Virus record (IMG/VR): IMGVR_UViG_3300025141_000415
Span: 1 to 33,115 of that record
DNA length: 33,115 nucleotides
Reading direction: 5' to 3' (one strand)
DNA from: a virus
Taxonomy: Duplodnaviria > Caudoviricetes
Below, one piece after another: positions 7,657 to 17,200 of the stretch. Positions within the stretch are counted from its first letter, which is position 1. Each line of letters opens with the position of its first letter. Below the pieces are notes generated by a model. The model saw only the letters and a list, made by a program, of their open reading frames with translations. It had not been told where the DNA came from and did no database searches. The position numbers were made by a program, and so were the translations under genes.

Positions 7657-7770
7657 AAGGACACCCCTTTGCGGCCCTTGTTATCAATTAACAATGCGGC
7701 CCCTTCCTATTTTAGAAGACAAGGCCATAAGAAAAAAATGGCTTAATATCTAAAATAAGGAAAAAGAGAA
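7657..7770 (+). ncRNA. Structured cis-regulatory 5' leader of capsid mRNA
   Basis: Two hairpins share a GACA(C/A)-versus-C internal loop. An alternative 13-bp helix covers the SD. Confidence 0.6.
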
Positions 7771-8769
7771 ATGCCACTTTCATTCGACACCTATCATAAG
7801 GTACAATACAAAGACTCAGTACTTCGCTTAGCTGGTGAATTAACCGAGTCGGCTTTATTTAAATACATGATGAAAGAATCAAAGAAGGGCGAAGCAGTCT
7901 TTATTGATTCTATCGTTGCCAATGATGAAGCTACAAGCGCGGCTACTGGTGACATCGACGCTAATTACCGCAAAGGCTATGAGCAGGGCACAGCTAATCA
8001 CGCTAACTTCATGCTTACTCAAACGCCACACATGGAAGTAACAAGAGCTAGAACGCTTCTAACTCCAATCCATAACGAAATCGGCCACACGTTCAGATCA
8101 CTTGACGAGGTTCTAGCTAATCGCTCAGAACAGTCTTATGTTCTACGTGAGCTTATGGGTAGAATGGCTAAGAGAAAAGAGCGCATTATTCTTGATGCAC
8201 TTTTTGCCAATAGCGTTCAGCGTGGTAAAGATCAAGGTTCATTATCTACAATCACTTTCCCGACTGCTCAGGAAATACCGGTTGCTGATGATGTCTTTGA
8301 TAAAGAGGTTGTCAATGAAGTTAAGAATCTTTTCGAAGATAACTACATCGGTGCTGTTGGTGAGGACGAGCCTATCTTTATGATTATTTCACCAGAGAAG
8401 AAAAGGCAGCTTATTGCTAACTCTGGCGACACCCTTCATAATAAGGACTTTATTTCAAGTTCTGGTCACTTTGAAGGCGCGACACTTCCAAATATTTATG
8501 GCGTACACATGATTGTACACCCTGAGTTAAAAGTGGGTCGTGGTTATGAAGTTGACGGCGATGGCAATGGTACTTGGTCTGGTGGTCGTTCTGTAGCGTT
8601 TACTCCTAAGTGGGGGTGCTTTAACCAGTTCGACGGTCTAGCAAGTCAGATTGATAAAGATCCGGGCGAGCGCTTCCAGTACAAACTGTATATTGAAGAG
8701 ATGATTAATGCGGTTCGTGTTGACGATAAGCGTATTGCTCACATTCAGTTTGGTACACAAGCACCTTAA
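7771..8769 (+). CDS. Major capsid protein
   Basis: 332 aa after the scaffold with its own promoter. VQY..V..L N-terminus and C-terminal AVRVDDKRI typical of BPP-1-like capsids. Confidence 0.85.
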   Translation: MPLSFDTYHKVQYKDSVLRLAGELTESALFKYMMKESKKGEAVFIDSIVANDEATSAATGDIDANYRKGYEQGTANHANFMLTQTPHMEVTRARTLLTPIHNEIGHTFRSLDEVLANRSEQSYVLRELMGRMAKRKERIILDALFANSVQRGKDQGSLSTITFPTAQEIPVADDVFDKEVVNEVKNLFEDNYIGAVGEDEPIFMIISPEKKRQLIANSGDTLHNKDFISSSGHFEGATLPNIYGVHMIVHPELKVGRGYEVDGDGNGTWSGGRSVAFTPKWGCFNQFDGLASQIDKDPGERFQYKLYIEEMINAVRVDDKRIAHIQFGTQAP

Positions 8770-8785
8770 TATAACTGCATGAAAC

Positions 8786-8821
8786 TGGCCTCAAACTGTA
8801 TTCGCCTCCAGTTTGGGGCCA
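8786..8821 (+). other. 13-bp hairpin after capsid gene, no U-tract
   Basis: TGGCCTCAAACTG / CAGTTTGGGGCCA with loop TATTCGCCTC. Confidence 0.75.
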
Positions 8822-8841
8822 CCTAGTATAAGGATTTAAAT

Positions 8842-9426
8842 ATGTCACTTGCCACGACTTTCACAGATGTTGCCAACTTAGCTTTGAAGAGCTTAGGCGC
8901 TGTATCAATTCAAAGTATTGACGCTAACGACAGCCATTCACAAAGAATTAACGGTGTAATTGATGAAGTAGTTAGGCAGGTACAAAGCGAAATATCATGG
9001 CCTGAGCTTCTAAATGTTCAGCTCCTTGTAAAGCTGCCGGATAACTTTAACAATTCAGATTCTATTTATCGATATCAGTTACCGGAAGATTTTTTATCAG
9101 TAGTTGAAATTGACTCTAATCACCACTGGTCAATATTTGATGGTGTATTATTAACAACAGCAGAAGAAGTTAATTTAATCTATAAAGCTTACAACCCAGA
9201 TGTTACAGAATGGTCTGCTGAAATGACTGAAATGGTTTATAAAAAATTAGCTTCAGAAATAGCAATGCCGACTACACAAGATTTAAACCTATCTCAACTA
9301 GCTATACAGCGTTTCGAAATGTGCCGCGACAGGCTATTACCTCAAATGAAGAACAGATGCAGAAAGAGACAGGAAACATTAAGACGATTTAGTTATCTTC
9401 AAGTAAGAGATTATACCAGAAAATAG
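8842..9426 (+). CDS. Tail tubular protein A / adaptor (T7 gp11-like)
   Basis: DVANLALKSLGA, W, YRYQLPEDFL and KLASEIA motifs. Size and position fit. Confidence 0.85.
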   Translation: MSLATTFTDVANLALKSLGAVSIQSIDANDSHSQRINGVIDEVVRQVQSEISWPELLNVQLLVKLPDNFNNSDSIYRYQLPEDFLSVVEIDSNHHWSIFDGVLLTTAEEVNLIYKAYNPDVTEWSAEMTEMVYKKLASEIAMPTTQDLNLSQLAIQRFEMCRDRLLPQMKNRCRKRQETLRRFSYLQVRDYTRK

Positions 9427-9437
9427 GAGCCTTACTG

Positions 9438-12134
9438 GTGAGTAATAAAATACCTATATTAAAATTCAATACAGGTGAGGTTAGCCCCGAACTATGGTGG
9501 CGCTCAGATATAGATAAGTATATGGGTTCGAGTAGAAGGCTTGAAAACTTTATTGTTCAACCACAAGGCGCGATCAAAAGAAGGTTTGGTACAAGAGTTA
9601 TATCCAGAATAGGCAATAAAGGTGAGTTTGCAGATGCTAGAATAATTCCTTGGGTTATTACTAGAGATGATTATTTTCAATTAGTTTTTACGCCTGATGG
9701 TAAATTATCTATTTATAGTCGGCTTGGTGTTTTGGTAGAGTCTCTTGATCACCCCTATACAGCTCAAGAATTGGCAGAAATGGACTTTCAACAAGTTTTT
9801 GACGTGATGTTTATTGCTCATCAAAACCACCCATTACAGGACTTGAAAAGAACTGCACAGTTTACTTTTACATTAGCAGATCACGTGTTTGGCGGTGGCC
9901 CTTTTAATACAAGAAATGTTGACAATACTCAAACCTTGTCAATGACAATCACTGCTACACAAGATGAATTTACTGTTACTCACTCCGGGTCGAATCCACC
10001 TTTTGCTTATACTGATGTAGGTAGATTAATTAAGGTGCTTTATGATTCAAATAGAACCTTGAATGACAGATATGATACAGGGCAACAAGGCGCGGTTTCT
10101 GATTCTTTACCGGGTTTTGGTACTGTCACAATGCGTACTGAGGGTGGTATATGGGGTGGTCAATTAGACCTAGAAAAAAGCACCGATGGCGGTGTAACTT
10201 GGCAGGTCATAGGTTCTATTCAGAGTAATAGTGATAGTAATGTCGATCAGCGAAACGGTGAAATTCAGCGAGAAGTTGAAGAGTATAGTGCTTTAGTTCG
10301 TGTTAATATGAAAGAGCGTGGTGCGCCTTCTGGTGATTCTGGCTGCGCATGGTATTTAGAAGTTTCTAACGATCAATTTAATTATGTAGAGATTACGGGC
10401 TATACTTCACCTTCACAAGTAACCGCGACTTTAGTGGCTGGTAAATGGGCTAACACTAATGCTACTTATAATTATTCATTAGGTGCATTTTCAGAGACTA
10501 CCGGATACCCTAGAACAGTCACGATATTTGAAGAAAGATTAATGCTAGGCGGCACTAAATCAAAGCCAGCTACAATCTATGGTTCACAAACTAACAACTG
10601 GGAATTATTTGCAGAAGGTACTTTTGAAACAAGCCCTATTGTTTTTAGTCTTTCGAGTGATGTCCGAAATACAATAAATTGGTTAATACCGGAAAAGCAG
10701 TTAATTATCGGCACGGACTCAAGCGAATGGACTATAGGAACTCGCAATAATGACAAGGTTTTATCAGGCTCAAACGTAACAGCCAGAAGGCACTCACAGT
10801 TCGGTAGTGAGCAAGTGGCACCTGCTCAAGCTGGAGATATGACTTTATATATTGAATCAGGTGGCAGAAGATTGAGAACTTCTAACTACAGTTTTCAAGA
10901 TGATGGCTACGTATCCAATGACATGAATTTAATGGCAAGGCAAATAACTGAAAAGGTTAAATTAATAGAGTTAGCATACACCAGAACACCAGACAAATTA
11001 GTGTGGGCGCTTCTTGAAGATGGTAGCTTAGCTAGTTTTACTTTTGAGCCAGACCACAATGTTTTAGCTTGGGCAAGACACCCAATGCCAGACGCAACAA
11101 TCTTGTCAATAGATTCAGTTATTGGCCCGTCTAATGATGAAGTAGGCTTAATAGTTGAAAGGAATGACGGCATATATTATGAGGTTATTAATAACACTAA
11201 TCTTTGCTTAGATTGGCAACAGAAATTTACACTAGAGAGCTTTAAAGAAATAGTCACTCTTGCTGGTGATGAAGATAATTATCTCTATCACGATCATTTA
11301 TTAAGAAGAGAAGAGGCACCTTTTTCTGGTATAGGTTCATTCGTTCGCTTATCATCGCCATTGACCACTCCGATTATGAAGTATGCAGGATTAACTTTAG
11401 AAAAGGGTAAAGATTACTTAAAGTATAGTGATACATTATTCTGGCTCAATACTGTTACTAACTTAGATTTAATCACTGTATTTGATGGCCTGTCTGAAGT
11501 TTTAGTGTATGACAAATTCTTAGGTGTGGAAAGCTTCACAATCACAGTTAATAAAGATAGGGTTAATATGTCTAGTGCGGTTATAAGATATGACGGTGCA
11601 CTGCTAGTAAGAGATGTAGATTATTTTGAAATGTCTGGAGCCGGTCAATTTCTTATAATTGGCCAACGAGATAAAGATATTGATCTATATGAGATTCTTG
11701 ATGCTATATTAATTCCATTGGCTATTGATGACTGGCGTATACAATCAACTCGCGCTTTGGTTTCTATTGAAGGTGAGGACGTGGCCGAGTTCACAGTAGG
11801 ACTGGAAGAGGAAAGTTTTATTGAAATAAATGACCCTGCTCCGGTAATGGGGCCGGGAATGAGAAGGAATACACCAGAAGGCGAAATTTATTTATATAAT
11901 TCTATTGGTGGGGAATTATCCGTCAATGGACAGGATTTTGACCCATTATTTTTTATTGGTGTAAATACTACTACTAATCAATTAATTGAGCCTTTTACAG
12001 GAAAAAAGAGACTTGCTTTTAATCACGGCTACAGTAATGACGAAGACGATAGTATAATGATAAGAAATAAATCAGTTCACGGCATGACAATCTGTGCCTT
12101 AAGTTTACTTGGAAGAGTTACAGGGAGAAAATAA
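9438..12134 (+). CDS. Tail tubular protein B / nozzle (T7 gp12-like)
   Basis: FNTGEVSP, QGAIKRRFGT, GYPRTVTIFEERL and AWARH motifs. GTG start with AGGAG SD. Confidence 0.88.
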   Translation: MSNKIPILKFNTGEVSPELWWRSDIDKYMGSSRRLENFIVQPQGAIKRRFGTRVISRIGNKGEFADARIIPWVITRDDYFQLVFTPDGKLSIYSRLGVLVESLDHPYTAQELAEMDFQQVFDVMFIAHQNHPLQDLKRTAQFTFTLADHVFGGGPFNTRNVDNTQTLSMTITATQDEFTVTHSGSNPPFAYTDVGRLIKVLYDSNRTLNDRYDTGQQGAVSDSLPGFGTVTMRTEGGIWGGQLDLEKSTDGGVTWQVIGSIQSNSDSNVDQRNGEIQREVEEYSALVRVNMKERGAPSGDSGCAWYLEVSNDQFNYVEITGYTSPSQVTATLVAGKWANTNATYNYSLGAFSETTGYPRTVTIFEERLMLGGTKSKPATIYGSQTNNWELFAEGTFETSPIVFSLSSDVRNTINWLIPEKQLIIGTDSSEWTIGTRNNDKVLSGSNVTARRHSQFGSEQVAPAQAGDMTLYIESGGRRLRTSNYSFQDDGYVSNDMNLMARQITEKVKLIELAYTRTPDKLVWALLEDGSLASFTFEPDHNVLAWARHPMPDATILSIDSVIGPSNDEVGLIVERNDGIYYEVINNTNLCLDWQQKFTLESFKEIVTLAGDEDNYLYHDHLLRREEAPFSGIGSFVRLSSPLTTPIMKYAGLTLEKGKDYLKYSDTLFWLNTVTNLDLITVFDGLSEVLVYDKFLGVESFTITVNKDRVNMSSAVIRYDGALLVRDVDYFEMSGAGQFLIIGQRDKDIDLYEILDAILIPLAIDDWRIQSTRALVSIEGEDVAEFTVGLEEESFIEINDPAPVMGPGMRRNTPEGEIYLYNSIGGELSVNGQDFDPLFFIGVNTTTNQLIEPFTGKKRLAFNHGYSNDEDDSIMIRNKSVHGMTICALSLLGRVTGRK

Positions 12135-12215
12135 TGGAAAATAGTAAGATACATTCACTTTTTAATTTGGAGTTGGCCTAAGTGGGTTCTTGCCACTATT
12201 GGAATTGTCGCCTCA

Positions 12216-12668
12216 TTGGCGAGTATGTTTCAACAACATCAAGCTTCACAGGCGGCCGCTAAGCAAGCCGAATATGATGCAGAGTACGAAGCTGAAGTAG
12301 CTGAGAATCAAGCAGAGCAAGAAAGGCTTAATCGAGCAGAAGCAGAAAAGATTGAGAGAAGTCAAACAGCAAGGCGCAGAGCTGCACAGCGAGCCAGTTA
12401 CGCTAAGTCTGGTGTATTGCTTGAGGGTACTCCACTTACAATGATGACTGAGCAAGCTGGTGTTGATGAATTGAATATACAGCAGGGAAATTTAGAGAGC
12501 CGACAAAGACAAGCTAATTTAAGAGCTGGAGGTCAAGCCGCGCTACAGTCCGGCAAAAAACGATCTAGTGCTTTGAAAAGAGCTGGAAATATTAACTTAT
12601 TGACTAGTGTAGGTAGAACAGCAGTTCAAGGCTATAAGGATTATAAATGGTGGGAGGCCAATAAATAG
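12216..12668 (+). CDS. Small internal virion (ejection) protein; start uncertain
   Basis: Ala/Gln-rich, with QRASYAKSGVLLEGTPL motif. The hydrophobic N-terminal segment extends upstream of the called start. Confidence 0.75.
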   Translation: MASMFQQHQASQAAAKQAEYDAEYEAEVAENQAEQERLNRAEAEKIERSQTARRRAAQRASYAKSGVLLEGTPLTMMTEQAGVDELNIQQGNLESRQRQANLRAGGQAALQSGKKRSSALKRAGNINLLTSVGRTAVQGYKDYKWWEANK

Positions 12669-12670
12669 CT

Positions 12671-14275
12671 ATGCCCGAATTTGACTTTACTCGCCGAACT
12701 CCACAAGGACAAGTTCAAGCTTCCGGCCCAAGAGATCAAGGCACTGGAATTAGAGCACAGGCTGACATTAATCTAGCGCAAGGATTAACACAAATTGCTT
12801 CTAGTGTACAAGATATAGGCAAGCAGAGAGTCCAAGAACAAGCTGAATCTGATATGTCCGCGTTTCAAGCTGAGCGAATCAGAAGAGAACAGGAGTTTCG
12901 CGAGCAGTCAGCTAGTATAACCAATGCCGCCGAATATAAAAAAGCCGTTGATAAATACATTACAGATTTAGATAAATACGCGTCAGGCAAGCGACAGGAC
13001 GGGACAAAAGTATTTAGAAATGGTATGGGATCAGCGGCCTATAAAGAGTTTAATAGGAGTTATGCAGCCAAGTTTAAAGCCCAAGGTTCAGAACATTCTT
13101 TTCAATTAGACCGTAAGCGCGACAGATTGAATTATAGAATGGCTATCGAATCAGGTGTGAAAAATAACAATCCTGATGCTATTACACAGAGCTATGACAG
13201 CTTGGTTGCTTCTGGCCATTTAACCGCAGAAGAAGCGGCCATTGAGAAAGAGCAGAGCATTAAAAATATGACTCTTAATCATTTTAATGAGACTCGCGCG
13301 AAAATGATGCTAGGCGTTGAAGAGGCTATTGAGCAAAGCACAGATTTAAAAAAGACTGGTGAAACTATTAAAGGTGCTTTTGAGACTTATAAGGCTGAAG
13401 TATACGCCAATAAAAATTTAAACGATCAAGAAAGAAAATCTTTAATTGATGGCGCTAAAAACAGCCTTAAATATTTAGAGTCTGCTAAGAAGGTTGAGTA
13501 TCAAGCCAATAAGGAAGCTCAAGAGAGTTATAAGAACTCGGTGACTCAAAGCTATCTTCTTGATGTAATAAAAGACCCAGCTAATATCGTAAGTATAGGT
13601 AAGCAATACGCTATACAACACCCTGATATGGATAAGGCTTTATTGACTAAAATATCCAATAATACTTTAGAGGCTCACAATAAATTCCAAAAAGCCCAGA
13701 CTGATTTTTTGCAAGAGATGTTTCAAGGATGGGAAGATAAAGCCACTAAAAATAGAATTATGTCAATGCAGTTGAATACTAATGAGGATTATAGTAAAGC
13801 GATTGATGAGGTTTCTAGTATCGGTAATCCTACTATTAAGAGCGCCATGATGTCTTGGATTAAAGATAATCAACCGGGCAAAGAAAAGAAAGACCCCGTT
13901 TTATTTGAGGCTATCCAAGGCTTAAATAAGAGCCTTGAAGGTGCTTTAGGACTAGACCTAACAAGAACACAAGCAGGTAAATTAACTAAACACCAGAAAT
14001 GGGGGATAGAGAATACTTGGTGGGATACAAGGCCAGAGCATATACCAGATGAAAAGGTAGGATTAGGTATCTTCGTAGGTGGTGCTGATGCTGGATATCG
14101 AACTGACACAAAGAATGCTATAGTTAATGAGTATATAAGAATTTATAATACTGATGGAAAGAAAGCCGCTGATGATTTTAAGACCAAAGCCATTCAAGAG
14201 GCACAGTCTGAAATCAACAAAAGAAAGTTAGGCGAAAAGTATTTAAGGCCATTGATTAGACCTAAAGTGAGATAA
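12671..14275 (+). CDS. Medium internal virion (ejection) protein
   Basis: MP-start helical 534-aa protein between the small and giant ejection genes. Confidence 0.7.
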   Translation: MPEFDFTRRTPQGQVQASGPRDQGTGIRAQADINLAQGLTQIASSVQDIGKQRVQEQAESDMSAFQAERIRREQEFREQSASITNAAEYKKAVDKYITDLDKYASGKRQDGTKVFRNGMGSAAYKEFNRSYAAKFKAQGSEHSFQLDRKRDRLNYRMAIESGVKNNNPDAITQSYDSLVASGHLTAEEAAIEKEQSIKNMTLNHFNETRAKMMLGVEEAIEQSTDLKKTGETIKGAFETYKAEVYANKNLNDQERKSLIDGAKNSLKYLESAKKVEYQANKEAQESYKNSVTQSYLLDVIKDPANIVSIGKQYAIQHPDMDKALLTKISNNTLEAHNKFQKAQTDFLQEMFQGWEDKATKNRIMSMQLNTNEDYSKAIDEVSSIGNPTIKSAMMSWIKDNQPGKEKKDPVLFEAIQGLNKSLEGALGLDLTRTQAGKLTKHQKWGIENTWWDTRPEHIPDEKVGLGIFVGGADAGYRTDTKNAIVNEYIRIYNTDGKKAADDFKTKAIQEAQSEINKRKLGEKYLRPLIRPKVR

Positions 14276-14276
14276 T

Positions 14277-17200
14277 ATGGAAATTGCCCCTTATAGTTTA
14301 CCACAGCCACTACCAGAGCCTTTATTTGATAGTGGAACTCCTGAAGAGCAGCCGCGCCAACAACTTCCAGAAATGGAAATAGATGTTGATGCCCTAATGA
14401 GTGATATTAATAGTTTTAGTGGTGATCCAGAAGAGGCAAGAGTATTAACCAATCTTTATATAGGCCATAAAATAGGCACTATCCCAAAGCCGGAAGATTA
14501 TAACGCGAATGTAAATTCTTATATGTATTCTGGTGCAGCGGACAATGATCCGATTAAAAACTTAGAGCACATTAGAAGAGGTTTTGCTCCAGAAGAAGAT
14601 AAAGCTTACACTCAGTTACAAGACTTTGAAGCATTGACACCAGAGGAGCAATGGGATAGAATCAAAGCGCCTTTTGAAGTTGGTCGTGGTGTTGCTATCG
14701 GTGCGACTATGCCAGCTATGATTCCTCAACAATATCAGCAAGAAGTATTTGTATCTGAAGCCGATAAAAAGAAGCATATCAATAGCCACATAAATAAGCT
14801 TAGGAATAGCAGCCAAACTTGGAAGCTCCAGCAAGGTAAAGGCTTTTCAGACAAGGCCAGAAACATGGTCAATAAAATGGTTATGACTAAGCAGCCGCCT
14901 AATCTTTTTACTTATATGAGTCTTTCGGAAAGAGAGCGAAACAATTTTTTTATTTATGCTTCCGGTCGTAATCCTAAGTATGATGTTGGTTTTTTTGAGT
15001 CTCTTGGTGGTACTATAAGCCAAGCCGCAGTTGATATAAAAGACAGTTTTAAGAAAACAGGTGAATCTATAGTAAGGTCACACTTAGGTGTAGAAGACCC
15101 AGAAGAGTTTTTCCTAAGATTCAATGCTAAGTTTGGCGATACATTTAACGCTGAGAGTGTAACCGATGACAAGCGCAAAGAGATACGAAACTGGGTACTA
15201 GATCAAATTCAGCCAACTGTGGAAGAGGGGGACGCGCTATCTATTGGTGAGGCTTATTCTCAAAAGACATACGATACCACAGACATGATAATGAATCAAT
15301 TTGAAGAACATCTTGAAATTGGCGCTCAATCCCGTATGCAAAAAAAGCTTGAAGCAAAAGCAAAAGCAGCAACAAGACACAATTATAAAACTGGTTTAGT
15401 TGGAGATGCTCTTTTAACTGCTACCGAGATGGGTATGGATTTGGGCGCGGTAGCCGCTTTAAGTGTTGGTACTCTTGGTATGGGCGGCATGGCTTATTCA
15501 GCAGGTAGGTTTTTTGGAGATTATGAAGACTCACTTTTAGACGCTGGTGTTGATCCAGATAAGGCAAAAGCAACAGCCCTATTAACTTCAATCCCTTATG
15601 TATTAGTTGAGCAATTACAGGCAGGCCAAGTATTTGGTAAGCAATTTAAAGGCGTTGCTAATAAAATTGTCGATGATTTAGATATAGGTAAGATTGCCAC
15701 CAATGCAATTAAAAATAGCAGTAATCCTAAAATATCAAAGATTGCTACTGGCGCTAGAATTACAGCGGATTATGTAGACAATGTTAGTGCTGAATTAGTT
15801 GAAGAGATAGCACAAGAAGTTTTCTCAGAAGTCGGCAAGCATAGTGCTATAGAAGGGTATGAGTTAGAAGAGTCAATTGGCAATGTTATTGAGACAGCAA
15901 AAGAGGCATTTAAAGGCTTAGTTGTTTTAGGTGTTGGCACTCCTGCATATAGAGGTATTAAAGGCGAGTACAATGGTGATTTTATTGAACAAGATATATC
16001 TGACACTATTGAGGGAACTTTTACACCTCTTACAAGGCAAGAAGAAGAAGCGATAGGCTTAGGTGACCTAAGAGCTGAAGAGTATCAAGAGGCAGAAGAT
16101 AAAGACGCTTATTTAGAAGAGATGGGCTATAATGAGAGGCAACGAGAGCTTATACACGCCACTCAAGACATTGAGCAAGAGGAGATTCAGCAAAGAGTTG
16201 GTCAATTAGATGCTCAAGAAGCTCAAGAGCTTAAAGCGCCTACCACTGGAGTTGAAGCACTCCGAGCAATGACACAAAGGTTTGAGCCATTCGCTAATAT
16301 TAAAGAAGAGGGTGACGGGCTAAGAATAACCACAGATAAAGGTTTTGACTTTGCTGTCAAATTCAATGGTGATATAGGTGGGGACTTTGGTACATCAGAC
16401 CCAAGACTAGCAACAATTAACCTTAGTGAAAAAAGCGGCCTACCTACATTTAATCATGAATTTGGCCATATGATTAGAGATATGGGGGGCGTGACTGATA
16501 CAGAATGGAAGTCAGTTGTTAAGATTGCCCGTGAGTCACTAGGTGCTGAGGAAGTCGCTAAGATAATAGCCAAAAATAAAGAAGGTTATGAAGCTAGAGG
16601 AATTAAATTTACTGACGATATAAAAGACCATGAAATATTTGCCAATGCCTTAGAGGAATGGACACTTACTGGTGATGTCCCTGTTGATGCTCGCGGTGCT
16701 CTACAAAAGTTTTTAGACTTTATAAAAGATATGTTAGCTCAGTATATCGGTGGTTCTCAGAGTGGTCAGAGAGTTATATCAGATATTCAGTCAGGTAAAA
16801 TACTTGAGAGAAAACCATTAGGCCGCGCCAAGCAAAAAATGGAGCGTGCAGCCAAGCGCAGAGAAGAAGAAAGAGATTTTGCTAAAGTAAGGAAAGAGCG
16901 ATTATTTATTGAAGAGGCTTTAACAGAGGCAGAGGCTAACAATAAAGAACTTGTTTCTGCAATTGAGGCTTTAAGTAGATTAGAGCAAGCGCCAGATTTT
17001 GTTAAGCAAAAATTATCCACACAAGAAAGAATAGATCAAGCGACTGGCATAGTTCGACCTACTGAAGACATGAGGCCTGAAGATTTTATCACTGGTGATG
17101 AGATTATCGAAAGTGAATTGCCCGGAGACTTCTTCCAAGATAAAGCGGAAGGTGCCGGAATATCACCAGAGGAGTTATATGGCTTTGGTGAGACCATTCA

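Noticed and set aside
6833-8383. Same-strand alternative-frame ORFs 6833-7114 and 8138-8383
   Set aside because: Short, with no clear SD or motif, unlike the MTase beta frame.
8730-8790. T7 10A/10B-type capsid frameshift extension
   Set aside because: No slippery heptamer near the stop and no long downstream alternative frame.
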